DNA of 64,000 bases. Origin: Octopus sinensis (lineage: Eukaryota). Both the position numbers and the translations under genes were made by a program. The stretch is taken from positions 32,674,001-32,738,000 of the forward strand of contig NC_043006.1 of the NCBI RefSeq assembly GCF_006345805.1, read 5' to 3'. Shown one piece after another: positions 1 to 13,154 of the stretch (position 1 is its first letter; each line of letters begins with the position of its first letter). The notes under the pieces were generated by a model. The model did not search any database, had not been told where the DNA came from, and worked only from the letters and a program-made list of their open reading frames with translations.

Positions 1-209
1 TTCTACTCTAGACACAAGGCTGGCAATTTTGGGGGAGGGCACCAGTCGATTAGATCGACCCCAGAACGCAACTGGTACTTAATCTATAAACCTGCAAGAA
101 TGAAAGGCAAAGTCGACCGCAGCGGAATTCGAACCCAGAACGTAAAGACAGACGAAATATCACTAAGCATTTCGCCCGGCGTGCTAACGTTTCTGCCGAG
201 TCGCCGCCT
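1..209 (-). mobile_element. tRNA-derived SINE, family A (head GGCGGCGAGCTGGCAGAA; core GCCTTTCATCCTTTCGGGGTCGATAAA)
   Basis: Reverse complement matches the family-A consensus seen >12 times in the window; B-box-like GTTC(A/G)AATTCC; tail CCTTGTG(C/T)CTAGAGTAGAA. Confidence 0.9.
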
Positions 210-217
210 TGAGACCT

Positions 218-541
218 CTTCGGTCACGACACAGACAATGGGATTGCACCTAGAAAGTTACCCTCCAAGGCACAAGTCGGGCAAGGTTGTTTATGGAAGA
301 CCAGCAGTCGTCCATGCATACCAGCCTCCCCTCTCCACACCACTGATGTTATCCAAAGGAAAGACAAAGGGGCCGATACAGCTTGGCACCTGTGACGTCG
401 CAACTCATTTCTACAGCTGAGTGAACTGGAGCAACGTGAAATAAAGTGTCTTGCTCAAGAACACAACACGCAGCCCGGTCCGGGATTCGAGCTCACAAAC
501 TTTCGATGGTAAGCTCGACGATCTAACCACTGAGCCATGCC
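218..541 (-). mobile_element. tRNA-derived SINE, family C (tRNA-Arg-like head)
   Basis: Minus strand head GCATGGCTCAGTGGTTAG..CTTACCATCG..GAGCTCGAATCCC, then TGTGTTCTTGAGCAAGACACTTTATTTCACGTTGCTCCAGTTCACTCAGCTGTAGAAATG; homologous to 13155-13483 and 30497-30822. Confidence 0.88.
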
Positions 542-799
542 ATGGATAAGGCTCGCCGCCTTATCCATGCTAGATTATTAAAACTATGAAACACTAGTAG
601 CCACAGTCACCAGTATTCTCTGGCCTATGTGCGTTTGCTGAGGATTGATGCCTTGACACGAACCGATTTCGACACTCTCACTCCATTTTCAGACGATTCA
701 CTGGAAGAGCGGACCACTCTCTCTTCACTGAATTAGAAGTTTAGTTAATGAAAACGTAGCCAAAGAGGAATGTGTTAGTTCACAGTTCTTTGCTTTCAC

Positions 800-1405
800 A
801 CAGCCTTCTATAATACAGCTGCCCTACAGAGGATACCTGCTGGTATTTCTCGGTTAAAGAAGGCGATGAATTTAATCGATAGCTGATTTTGCATACTACA
901 ATAGCGCTCCGACATTACTCAACAAGTTAGTAATCAACACTGCTAAGAGGAGTGCAAGTCAGTGGGGAAGGCCACCTTGTTCGATCGCTTGATATGCGAC
1001 TCACAAGTGACTGTTTCACATCGTAATGGCGGAAGCTAAGCGCATGCAAGGTGGACAGAAAAAGCGCCCAACGGACACACTTAAAGCCTCGCTGAAGAGC
1101 TTTGAGATTAACCTCGACATGAGGTAAATACAAGCATAAGACTGCCTTGCCTGGCGAAGCTACGCTAATTGAGGTGTCGCCTCCTACGAACGGATCAGGA
1201 TTGCAGTGGGAGTCAAAGAAAACACGAACTCCACAAGTCCAAAGTCAACTCCTTGCCTTCAGTCGCAGCAAACCATCAATGACCGACCTACGCTACCTCC
1301 TGAGTACCCAACGGACTGATTGGCTACAGCTGGACACACCATACCCCGTCTTCTTCCATGTGATGTCTTTAATCATCGTTGAGAACGACAGACAAAATAA
1401 TAAAA
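800..1405 (+). mobile_element. Decayed RTE-clade LINE 3' end
   Basis: Broken frames give ..GHLVRSLDMRL.. and GGQKKRPTDTLKASLKSFEIN (from 1050), then ..AWRSYAN*GVASYERIRIA.., typical of the RTE ORF2 C-terminus; terminal ATCATCGTTGAGAACGACAGACAA followed by an AAT/A tail. Confidence 0.8.
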
Positions 1406-2572
1406 AAATAGTAATCGTCGGATTTGCTCCCGTTGTTACTTCCCTGGATCGCTCTTCTTCTCTCTCCTGTTACAGCCAATGCTGGCCATGGCTAGGAACT
1501 AGCAGTGGGACACAGTGTTTCCGGCTAATTAGAGGGACATTGTCAGAGTATGAGAGGAGCTCGTTGGTCTGAAGCGGCAGCAGGCGCATTGGCACATGGT
1601 GTGTGTCTATGCGAGATGGCGGACTTGAAATGATGGTAACGGATAGGTTTGGACGAGATTTAAATGAGAATTAGGAGAGATGAAAGCTTTCTCTCTCGAA
1701 GTTATATTCACAGAACTATTGTTGTTGCAAAATAAAAAGAAACTCCTGCAAAGTTAATCGCTTTAAGGATCAGCTGCAATTCGGAAAGTGAGATAACTCG
1801 AGTTGGGGACTGTACCATGCATGAAGTTACCTTTCGCATTTCATTAGGTATTTTACGGGTTATGCTGCCGTATAAAGCCCTCGCAACGTAAAAATCCTCC
1901 TGATTAGAAAATAAAATGAACGAAAATTTCAATTAACTGAAGTTAATTAATACACAGCAATTCATTCCAAATTTCCTTTTAGTTGAAGAATGCAAGCAAA
2001 AGCCTAATGGTAATTGCAAGCTTTTCTCAAAATATTTTATGTGTCTGTGTGTGCATGTGTGTGTGTGTATGTATGTGTGAGTGTTTGTATATCGTTGAAT
2101 GTGACTGTGTTTGGTGGAATGCGTGCGCACATGTGCTTAGTTGAATGCGGGCGTGTTTTTCTCACTCTCTTCTATCTTTTCTCTTTTCAAAATGAAAAAA
2201 ATATTTCTCCCAACACTCACTATTTTCCTCACGTTCTCGTCTAACGACCCTCCATGTTGGTTTTCGTTCAGTTTTCTCGTATGCCTCCGCTATCGTTTTG
2301 GTTCCCAAATTTAACCCTCCATAAATCCTAAATTTGATGTTAGAAATCATGGAAGCAACTGTCTTTGAAGACACATATTGTCGTTGAATGCTCGAAATGA
2401 GCAGTAGATAGACAGCCGACAACTGATGAAGGGTCCTTTCTCTGTGTTTACTTTTCCTGCTTTCTATTTTGTCTCGTTGTTTATGTATTTAACTCGTTTG
2501 TTTTCGTATTTCATGTTATTTGCACCATTGGTGACGTCTTGTACCCATATGCTGATATATATATAAATATAG

Positions 2573-2611
<39 letters not shown>

Positions 2612-2784
2612 ATGTGTGTGTGGGGGGGGGCGTGTGTGTGTGTGCATTTATATGCAGGCATGTATGATATATATATACATATGCATATACATACATACAT
2701 ATATATAATATATATATATATAATTATATATATATATATGTACATATATATATATATCTTATATATGTATATATATAATTTAAT

Positions 2785-2844
<60 letters not shown>

Positions 2845-2855
2845 TCTTATATTTT

Positions 2856-3185
2856 TTCAGTCATTTCAATGCAGCCATGCTGGAGCACCGCCTTGAAGGG
2901 TTTTAGTCGAACAAATCGACCCAAGAACATATTTTTAAACCCTAGCATTTATTCCAGCGGTCTCTTTGTCGAATCACAACGGTGTGGGGACGTAAACACA
3001 CCAACACCGTTTGTCAAGCGGTGACGGAAGGACAAGCACAAACACACATATACGACGGGCTTCTTCCAGTTTCCGTTTACCAAATCCACTCACAAGGCTT
3101 TGATCGGCCAGAGGCTATAGTAGAAGACACCTGCCCAAGTTGCCACGCAGCGGAACTGAACCGGAACCATGTGGTTGGAAAGCAT
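2856..3185 (-). mobile_element. tRNA-derived SINE, family B (5'-truncated)
   Basis: Contains GACGGGCTTCTTCCAGTTTCCGTTTACCAAATCCACTCACAAGGC and CAGTCATTT..GCAGCCATGCTGGAGCACCGCC, as in the full copy 19658-20080. Confidence 0.88.
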
Positions 3186-3231
3186 TACTTGTAATAGAAT
3201 CACGGAATCGCACGAACTAGTGACTTTTAAA

Positions 3232-3463
3232 TTGGAAGTATCAGCACTCAACTACCAGCATGGCTGAAAAAGATTGGTGCAAGTGTGAAGGTAGAACACC
3301 TACAGAAATCAGTATTGCTTGGAACTGCAAGAATTCTTCGCAGGGTTCTTGAAGCATGACCAGTAAACAAGTTTCACCTTAGTCTGCTGGCTGTGGACAG
3401 CTGACATTTTCCATTATACCAAGCAAAATATACTGAGAGTTTTCATCGAATAATAATGATAAT
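3232..3463 (+). mobile_element. R4/Dong-like non-LTR retrotransposon extreme 3' end
   Basis: GSISTQLPAWLKKIGASVKVEHLQKSVLLGTARILRRVLEA* (stop 3357-3359) matches the RLE-element C-terminal motif LQKxxLLGTAxILRxVL; short 3' UTR ends in TAATAATGATAAT. Confidence 0.8.
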
Positions 3464-3499
3464 GGATTTGGGTTTGGGGTTAAGCGGTTTCGTAGTAGG

Positions 3500-3630
3500 G
3501 GTTAAACGATTACATCGGTCCCGAAGGGATGAAGGCAAAGTCAACCTCGGTTGAATTCGAACTCAGAACGTAAAAACGGAAGAAATTCCGTTAAGCATTT
3601 TGCCCAGTGTGCTAGCGTTTCTGCCATGTT
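3500..3630 (-). mobile_element. SINE family A fragment
   Basis: GATGAAGGCAAAGTCAACCTCGG..GAACTCAGAACGTAAA..TTTCTGCC. Confidence 0.8.
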
Positions 3631-3739
3631 CGTCAAGCTTGGAATACCGTTTGCTGTCTTTGATGAGTGATGTGTGACTGGGACTAAACACACACAGATT
3701 CGATGTAAAATCAACAGAAAAGCAACTCTTTCTCCCTCC

Positions 3740-3809
3740 ACGTCGTCGTCGTCCTCCTTCTCATCCTCCTCCTCCTCCTCCCCCTCCTCCTCCTCCTCCT
3801 CCTCCTCCT

Positions 3810-3868
<59 letters not shown>

Positions 3869-4179
3869 GTAACAGCAAGAACCAAAGTAGCTATAAACAA
3901 AGCAGAATGGCATCGTCAGCATCATCACCACCACGACGACCACCACCACCACGATCACCACCACCACCACTACAAATAATAACAACAACACTATCAATAT
4001 CTGCCATACGATCACTATCATTATTACTGTCATCAATATACCATCGCGCTCTCAAAACCACCACTACCACAACCATCGATACAACTAGAATTATGTACAG
4101 AACCATTAAAATTTCTCCACCATCTCCTCCTCCTCCACCACCACCACCACCACCACCACCACCACCACCACCACCCCAC

Positions 4180-4238
<59 letters not shown>

Positions 4239-4377
4239 GTATCAAGTTGAAAGCGATAGGGTGAAAAACTGCAAGAGCGACAACAGTAATAGTTTTTAGA
4301 TCGATTATTATCAAATGCAGTAACAGCATTTCTAACATCAGCGCATCATCAGCATCATCATTGTCGTCGACGCTGCT

Positions 4378-4427
<50 letters not shown>

Positions 4428-5370
4428 TGCCATTGTCATCGTCAGCAACAACATTGACCGTATCGACACTGTACTCTTATCAACGACAGTTATATCATCA
4501 AACCGTTTACTCGTGCCCGTACTCTTTTCTGAGTACTGGCACGGGGAAAGAGAGTATACCTATTTCTTTATTACCCACAAGGGGCTAAACACAGAGGGGA
4601 CAAACAAGGACAGACATAGGTATTAAGTCGATTACATCGACCCCAGTGCGTAACTGGTACTTAATTTATCGACCCCGAAAGGATGAAAGGCAAAGTCGAC
4701 CTCGGCGGAATTTGAACTCACAACGTAACGGCAGACGAAATACGGCTACGCATTTCGCCCGGCGTGCTAACGTTTCTGCCAGCTACCACCACCACCACCG
4801 CCACCGCCACCACCATCGCCATCACCGACAGCAACAACATCAACAAAACTACCACCACTAACAACAAAAAATAACATCACCACCAACAACAATAACAATA
4901 ACAAGAACAAATCAACACCGTCGCCATCAACAACAGCATCAACATTTAATTATTATACCGACATCATCACCATCGTCGTCATAATCATCATCATCATCAT
5001 CACCACCACCATCATCATCACCATTATCATCATCATCTCATCATCATCATCATCATCATCATCACCCCCACCAACACCATCATCATCATCATTATCATCA
5101 TCGTCATCATCATTATTATCACCATCATCGTCATCAGCATCATCAGCATCATCATCATCATCATCATCATCGTCGTCACCACGACCACGACCACCACCAC
5201 CACCACCACACAACCACCACCACCATCACCATAATCATCATCATCATCATCATCGTCATCATCATTATCATCATTAAGGTGACAACGTTAGTGAGTCATA
5301 AGAGCGGCGACGTTAGTAGCTACAAAAATAACAACGACGACGACGACACTCACTAAATTATTACATCACC

Positions 5371-5402
<32 letters not shown>

Positions 5403-5500
5403 CAACCATAACAAAAATAAAATCGGACAACAACAGCAGCAGTACAACTGTACAATGTTAATATCACCGCCGCCGCCGCGCCGCTGCAACTTTCAATGAC
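3740..5500. repeat. Compound trinucleotide microsatellite field (TCC, TAC, CAC, CAT, CAA, CAG)
   Basis: Directly visible long triplet runs; source of the poly-S/T/P/H/D ORFs. Confidence 0.95.
4561..4783 (-). mobile_element. SINE family A (long-tail variant)
   Basis: Near-consensus CGACCCCGAAAGGATGAAAGGCAAAGTCGACCTCGGCGGAATTTGAACTC; tail CCCCTTGTGGGTAATAAAGAAATA on minus. Confidence 0.9.
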
Positions 5501-5649
5501 AACAACAACAACGATAAAAAACAATCATCAGTTTGTTGGAGCGAACATTAACAAGTTTGCAACATTAACATGTTACTCGTGCTCCCACTTTCGCTCACAA
5601 CAAACAGCAACAACAACTACAACAATCAGCAGTTACCTTTTATGGCTTT

Positions 5650-6197
5650 ATCTTTTACTTGTATCAGTTATTAGACTGCGGCCATGCTGGGGCACCACCT
5701 TAAATAATTTTTTGTCGAATGAATCGACACCGGATCTTATTGTTTACAAGCCTGTTACTTATTCTATCGGTTTCTCTGTTGCCGATCAGCTGAGTTTTTT
5801 TTTTGTTTGTTTTTGTAAAATCTCAGAAAATAATTAAAAATTCACATTTTTTATCAAATTATTTTGTTATATTTGTCTATCTATCCAATTGTAAACACTT
5901 TAAATATTTCACTAACTTTTGGTAAAAGGGTACATATTTTGCCAAAAATTGCCAAATTTGTTCCCACAGTCTTCTTTATCACCGTAACTTTTTAGCGGTG
6001 GTGGGGGACAAACACCGACACACACACACACATACGTCTAGCTTCTTTCAGTTTCCGTTTACCAAATCCACTCACAAGGCTTTAGACTTCTCGGGGCTAT
6101 AGTGGAAGACACTTGCCGAAGGTGTCACTCAGTGGGATTGAACCCGGAACCATCTGGTTCGGAAGTAAACTAATTCCCGGACGGCCACTCTTGCGCC
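5650..6197 (-). mobile_element. SINE family B, interrupted by AT-rich DNA (~5790-5990)
   Basis: 3' module GACTGCGGCCATGCTGGGGCACC at 5675; 5' module CTTCTTTCAGTTTCCGTTTACCAAATCCACTCACAAGG..GGGATTGAACCCGGAACC at 6040-6150. Confidence 0.8.
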
Positions 6198-6269
6198 TGT
6201 CATAACAACAACTTTACAACGTTAGCGCGTTACAACTTCACGCTAAAGTTACAACATTGTAATACGCTA

Positions 6270-6360
6270 ACGTTAGAACGCGACGACGTTAGAACGCGAC
6301 GACGTTAGAACGCGACGACGTTAGAACGCGACGACGTTAGAACGCGACGACGTTAGAACG
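6270..6360. repeat. 16-bp minisatellite (CGTTAGAACGCGACGA) x~5.6
   Basis: Unit starts at 6271, 6287, 6303, 6319, 6335, 6351. Confidence 0.97.
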
Positions 6361-6696
6361 CCGGCAACGTCACTCCTGCCGTCGTCAGTTTCATAGATAA
6401 AGAACAAGTAACAGAGTTTGTGTTAAAAACATTATTAATATCAGCGCTATTGAAAACGTTACGGCAAACGTTACGGCACCGCTGCAACCATCACTTTTAC
6501 TGACACAACACCAACAACAACAGTAATTAACTAACTAATAACGGCAACATCAGTAACAGCAACATCATCGCTAAGAATTGAAACAATAACAAGAATAATA
6601 ATAGCAATAACGAAAATAATAATAATAACAGTAACAACGAAAGTACATTAGTGGCCACATTCAACACAACAATAATAATAATAATAATAATAACAG

Positions 6697-6796
6697 NNNN
6701 NNNNNNNNNNNNNNNNNNNNNNNNNNNNNNNNNNNNNNNNNNNNNNNNNNNNNNNNNNNNNNNNNNNNNNNNNNNNNNNNNNNNNNNNNNNNNNNN
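6697..6796. other. Assembly gap (100 N)
   Basis: Run of exactly 100 N; round size suggests a placeholder scaffold join. Confidence 0.99.
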
Positions 6797-6808
6797 ACAT
6801 ACACATAT

Positions 6809-6945
6809 ATGACGGGCATCTTTAAGTTTCCGTCTGCCAAATCCACTACAAGGCTTTGGTCAGCCCGAGACTATAGTAGAAGACACTTACACAAGGTGTC
6901 ACACAGTGGGACTGAACCCGGAACACACAGCCACTCCTACGCCTA
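6809..6945 (-). mobile_element. SINE family B 5' module
   Basis: GACGGGCATCTTTAAGTTTCCGTCTGCCAAATCC..GTGGGACTGAACCCGGAAC..CACAGCCACTCCTACGCC. Confidence 0.85.
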
Positions 6946-7058
6946 CATATCAATTTGTGTGTGTATGTATGTATGTATGTATGTATGTATGTATGTATGT
7001 ATGTATGGTATGTATGTACGGATGTATGTATGCATGTATGTACGCATATATATATGCA

Positions 7059-7241
7059 CAGGCGTGGCTGTGTGGTAAGAAGCTTGCTTAGCAGCCACAA
7101 GGTTCCGAGTTCAGTCCCACTGCGTGGCACCTTGGGCAAGTATCTTTACTATAGCCTAGGGCCGAGCAAAACCTTGTGAGAGGATTTGGTAGACGGAAAC
7201 TGAAAGAAGCCCGTCGAATATATATACATCCATATGTACAG

Positions 7242-7278
<37 letters not shown>

Positions 7279-7417
7279 GATATATATATATATTATATAT
7301 ATATATATATATACTATATATATATATTATATATGTTTCGTTAAGAAATAAGTGGCCATTTTACCGGTGATGTGTTAAATTATAAGGTACAAAAGAAATG
7401 ACTCCCGAGACACAATA

Positions 7418-7496
<79 letters not shown>

Positions 7497-7715
7497 GTAT
7501 GTATGTATTTATGTGATTTTGTTTGTACCCCCCCCCTCCCCCATTATCACTTGATAACTGATGTTGGTGTGTTTAGGCACCCATATCATAGCGTTTCGTT
7601 TACAGAGACCGATAGACTACGTACTTGGCTTACAAAGAATAAGTCCTGGCGGCGATTTCTTCGACTAAAGGCGGCACTCCAGCATGGCTGTAGTCAAATG
7701 ACTAAAGTAAAAGGA
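7059..7715 (+). mobile_element. SINE family B with expanded internal (TA)n and an internal insert
   Basis: Head GGCGTGGCTGTGTGGTAAGAAGC..GTTCAGTCCCAC 7059-7218; ~300 bp TA tract with insert; 3' module 7520-7715 ending GTCAAATGACTAAAGTAAAAGG. Confidence 0.85.
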
Positions 7716-7941
7716 TAAAAGAATATATGTACGTACGTATGTATGTACGTATGTACGTCTGTCTGTATGTATATATATAAGTATGCACGTACTTTGTATG
7801 TGTATGTATGTATATGTGTGTGTATGTATACTACATGTGTATGAATTTATGTACGGATACATCTGTATTTATTTATACACACGCACACACATACACACTC
7901 ACACAAGTATGTGTGTGTAAGTGTGTGTGTGTGCGTGGTTG

Positions 7942-7972
<31 letters not shown>

Positions 7973-7990
7973 CTATATATATAAACACGT

Positions 7991-8038
<48 letters not shown>

Positions 8039-8089
8039 TTATACATATATACGTATGTATGTATATGTATTTATATTCTTTTATTCTTT

Positions 8090-8290
8090 AATTCCTTGTT
8101 TCAGTCATTTGACTGCGGCCATGCCGGAGCATCCCCTTTAGTCGAACAAATCGACCCTGTGCCTTATTAGTATTTATTGCGTCGGTCGCTTAGGCTGAAC
8201 CGCTAAATTTACGGTGACGTAAACACACCAACGTCTGTTATCATGTGTTGGTGATTGGCGGGGGGGGGGGCAAACATCGACACGCAAATA
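8090..8290 (-). mobile_element. SINE family B 3' module
   Basis: TTCAGTCATTTGACTGCGGCCATGCCGGAGC..GTAAACACACCAACG. Confidence 0.8.
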
Positions 8291-8707
8291 TATACATATA
8301 TATGTAGGTTACTGTGGTTTCGACGACCGACGCCTGTTTCCACTGTACAGAGTATTGCCACTTGCACATGCAACCGGGCAGCTTCGTTCAGGGTCTTTCA
8401 ACCAGCTAGGCTTGAAGCGAACTCTTACCAATCGGAAGAGTTTACAGTGATAGTCATAGAAGTTAAATACTAATCGAAGCGATTAGTCGTAACCAGAAAT
8501 ATAACTCTCTTTCTCTCTCTCTTTCACACACACACACACTCACATAACACACAAACACGCAAACGCACACGCACACACTCACACACACACGGACACACGC
8601 ACACAAACACTCACACGTAGAAAGATATACGTATATATACACACAGAGACATATTTGTATATACATATAGATATGTGTATATCTATACATATATATGAAT
8701 GCACATG

Positions 8708-8813
<106 letters not shown>

Positions 8814-8814
8814 G

Positions 8815-8847
<33 letters not shown>

Positions 8848-8865
8848 ATATATATATATATGTAT

Positions 8866-8895
8866 GTTTCTGACGAAGAGCTCGAAACGTTAAAC
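8866..8895 (+). ncRNA. Minimal type-I hammerhead ribozyme motif (loopless stem II) in a PLE-type repeat
   Basis: GUUU CUGACGA A GAG|CUC GAAAC GUU AAAC: stem I GUUU/AAAC, core present, stem II shortened relative to 31856-31890. Confidence 0.6.
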
Positions 8896-9244
8896 CCTCC
8901 TTCTTTGTTTCCTGAGCGTCCAATAATACCATACTTGTTCCACGTCCTCGCTTTGTTGTGTTTTCTCTTTGTGTTTTCATGTACTGACAAAGAAAGGTGT
9001 GTTCAACTGTATAATAAAACCTGCATATGTAAATCTCTGTTCTGATAATTTATTAATTTATTATTTCTTCTCTAACGGCAAGTCTCTTTAGATTTACCGA
9101 AGTGAGGATCTACCGGCGATAGTAAAATAAATTAACTGGAGTTGATCTACATCCACTAAGGTTAGCCAGCATTGTTAACCGGTAAAATCGAATACGGTAT
9201 CCGAAAGAATTCTATGTCCCACTTAACCAATTTTGGAAATTTGC

Positions 9245-9279
<35 letters not shown>

Positions 9280-10659
9280 ACACACATACACACTCACACA
9301 CACACAAACATACACACACATACACACACACATACACACACACACATACACACACACACACATACACACATACATACATACACACATACACACATACATA
9401 CATACATACACACATACACACATACATACATACATACATACATACATACTACATACACATATATACATACATACATATATATGTATATATTATATATATA
9501 TATATAATATATATATTTATTTATTTATTTATATATATTATTTATATTTATATATACCCACATGCGTTATGTGGAGGTATTATTATTAACATAGATTGAT
9601 CTTTACCTGAAAAGCTAGCTTAATAACTGCATTAATTTAAAGAATGCATGTAATATATTAATGCAAACATAAATAATTAATTACTTATGAAATATAATAA
9701 AATAAAATATCTATACATCTTTATTCACCTGTGAAATAATTGTTGTTAAATAAGAATTTCCAAAATGGTAAAATGTTATCATTGTATATTTCTCACGTTA
9801 TTTCTCCCTTTATGTTTTTCTTTTCTATCGTCCTAAATATTCTTTGTGTTTAGTCGAGTGATACATTGAGGAACCATCTGCATGAGTTCCTCGAGAAGAA
9901 TTCTTTTGAAATTTATTACAAGTTTGGCTTACTTTTTACTTACTCAACATTCTGAAGTCTCACGCCTAATCAGAATGAGGCCAATCCACCCTGCTGTTTC
10001 TGCACAGCTACTTGTTTAAAACCACTCAGAAACAAGGGAGGATCTGGTATTGTATTCGTCCCTTTTCATTACATGTTGGAAACACAGCGTTGATGAAAGA
10101 TGAAGAATGAACACATAAGTTTGTCTGACGCAAGGTAGACTTATCCGATAGTAATTCTTTGATTCATCATATACATATGTACATATTCACAAATACTCAC
10201 ATCCATACTTAGATACTCCCCCACCATCACATATACACGAACACAAAAAGTCAGACACATGTCCTCATCCACGCATACATACTCCTCAAAATACACAAAC
10301 ACAGAGATAGTCATACACACACACACACACATACACACACACAAATACACACATAAAACACACACACACATGCACACACACACATACACACATACAAATA
10401 CACACACTCAAATACACACACACAAATACACTCACACAAATACACACACACAAACACGCACACACACATGCACACACACATACACACACACAAATACACA
10501 TACACGAATACACATACAGAAATACACACAAACACACACACATGCAGACACACACACACACACAAACAAATACACATACTCAAGCACACACGCACATACA
10601 GACACACACACACACACACACACGCACACACTAGAAGAAGTTTCTGTTGGTTTCCATGA

Positions 10660-10945
10660 TGAGCATTCGGATGTTTGATCACCTGAATGTCCGACACGTT
10701 AAAGAAAAGTGTAAATGGTCGAGTATTCCACAGACACTTGTACCCTTCCCATACTTCTCAGGTCGAATGAGTGTGACATATCGCGACAAGGCGGGGCCTT
10801 TGAATTACGAGCGCAGTCCACACACTATGTATCGAATGTCCCGTTCAATATTTGGGTCGACCCGAAGCTACGCTCAAACCCCAAGATGCATGCAGCTGCG
10901 GGATCGAATCCAAGATATCAGGAGTATGAGATGGGACGATTCATA
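10660..10945 (-). mobile_element. Degenerate SINE family D
   Basis: GAGTATTCCACAGACACTTGTACCC..GTGTGAC..GACAAGGCGGGGCCTTTGAA shared with 20890-21275; B-box-like GGATTCGATCCC on minus. Confidence 0.65.
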
Positions 10946-13154
10946 CAACCAAACAAAAATTTTTTTTTTTCAAAATCAATGAATCCCAAATAATTATTTT
11001 AAAAGAATTAAAAATTATCCGTCTATAAGAATTAAAGGTCCGGCAGTTTATACAAAAAAGTTTCCAGTACACAAGTTAACAACTATATCCAGCTCTGCCA
11101 TTTCTACGTCTGTCATTGGTATGATGCATATACTCGCTACAACACCGTGATAGTAGTAAGATCAATGCAGAAGGTGCGCTAGCTACGGATATGTTGTAGG
11201 TATATGTGATATTGAGAGTAATACCATGTATTGGTGCTTGGAGTGGATTTTTAGTCAGATTTCTTGGAAATTATGGACCAGAAATCGCGGGGAAGAAGCT
11301 TCAAAAACTTCAAAGTACCGTGCCATCTGCTCGAACATGGACATGTTGCTTTTTTTTACTGCATGTATTTTGGTTTATGGTCGGTTTTTTTTCTGATGTG
11401 TGTATACCTATGGGTGTTGTCTTAGGGTGGATGAGTGCAAAGACGAGCAATGTATACAATAGAGAATATAAACACTGCTACCGTTTTGTAAAACCCCAAT
11501 GGAACTGGAAGTAGTGTGATACACAATTTACGATGCTAAATGAAACCTATAAATTTATCTTCTATTTTGACATACAAGACAGGACTGAACATCTTTGTCC
11601 CTCTCACTATCCGACTATCCAACCCGAAATAACTTGTAACAGGGAGGTAAAAAATAAATAAGGGCACTCTTACCTCACGAATCAGGAATCAGCTTAACTC
11701 GATGGTCGTTCCCCCACGTATACAGTATTCTAACTTCTAGCAAGAAAACTACTCTCCCTAAAAGATCCCTTCCACACATCTCTTGCCCTCGACTTCCTGA
11801 CTAAAAAAGACACTTTGCAAATGCCCCGCTTCTTGACGACGTCAGTTGCCCGCGCTTCCGATCGTAGCCTCACCCTTCTTTCCTCGCTTCCATTTCTGAC
11901 GTTTCCCCCACCCCTCACATTGTGCAAAGCTGACTTCAGCCGCATTGACAAGAGAATTTTGGATTGAATCATACAAATTATTCAATAATGCATTTAATTT
12001 CACCCATGAATGAACATACCTGAGACGAAAGACTGACTCCGGCAAATTCAGAAGAAACTCAGAATTAAATTTATAAATTTGGCATTATTACATATCTATC
12101 AGTAAATTATTCTTGGAACTATACTTCGAATTTCTCTCTGCAACACCCCAAAGGGGAGATATTATATAAAGTATCATTCCAGTTCGAATTTATCTTCACT
12201 CGTATGACGTGACAGCCACGGTTTTGTCCTCGAACCTTGAAGATATGATGAATTTGATTATTAAGTGCCAAATATTTCGACTGGGTTCTTTTAACATGCA
12301 TGTCATAGAAGGGTGTATGGCACAATCAAACTGAGTCTATTATCTGTAGATTTTCAAGACTCGAGTCAAAGTCAATTGGCGTTCAACATTGACAAACCCA
12401 GAGGATGCAGAGTCAAAGGAATTCATTTTGCAAAGTAAAGGTAAGATTTCACGAGAAATTCGATAGTGCCCAATTACACAGTCAATGCATTCATTAAGGA
12501 ATATTCAAGACCATTTACGCTAATGTATTTTTATGACAAGCAGTTTCAGCTTACCTCGGGTATTCAGCACATATGCGCGCGTGTGTGTATGTCTATTTTT
12601 TTGCTTGTGTGTGTGTGTCTTTGTGTATATGTGTGTTTGTGCGTGATTGTATATACCTACACACGCTTAAAAGTACAGTGCTTAGAATCAATTGGTTGTA
12701 GTAGGAGTAGCGATAACGAAGGGGTATTATTTGTGTTACTGGTAACCATTGTGGCGGTGGAGCTGGCGGTGACGGTAGTGTAGTTGTTTGTGTTGGTGGT
12801 GTTGGCGGCGGTCATGCTATAATTATCGGAAGGGTAGTATTGTTTATGTTCGATGAGATAATGGTGGTGAGGGAGAAGCCAGGCCGATATAATTGCCACC
12901 TGTTTCATCATTAAAATTATCGATACACACCTGGTCGCCTTCTTTCATCGCCACCCCGAAGAGAACAATGACAGCAGCAGTTGTAGTGGTGTGCGAATCA
13001 GCAAGTACCATTACCGAATACAACGCGATATTTAATCCGGAGTTTCTTTTCTGTTTTACACTACTGCCATATATTTCTTTAAATTCTGGTTTCAAATATC
13101 AGCAAAACTGAGTTTCCATATCTTCCTTCCCAGTCCATGGAACAGGTGGGTGAC

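Noticed and set aside
2162-2422. 86-aa minus ORF with possible exon IYGGLNLGTKTIAEAYEKTERKPTW
   Set aside because: Weak acceptor, abuts a TA-associated repeat, no recognisable domain.
2415-2440. ACTGATGAAGGGTCC hammerhead start
   Set aside because: No downstream GAAA or stem II partner; truncated.
6270-6360. Regular repeat as a CRISPR-like array
   Set aside because: No spacers, 16-bp head-to-tail unit, eukaryotic context.
9172-10697. Long H/T, C/V and Y/I-rich ORFs here and throughout the window
   Set aside because: Translations of (CA)n, (TA)n and (TATC)n microsatellites.
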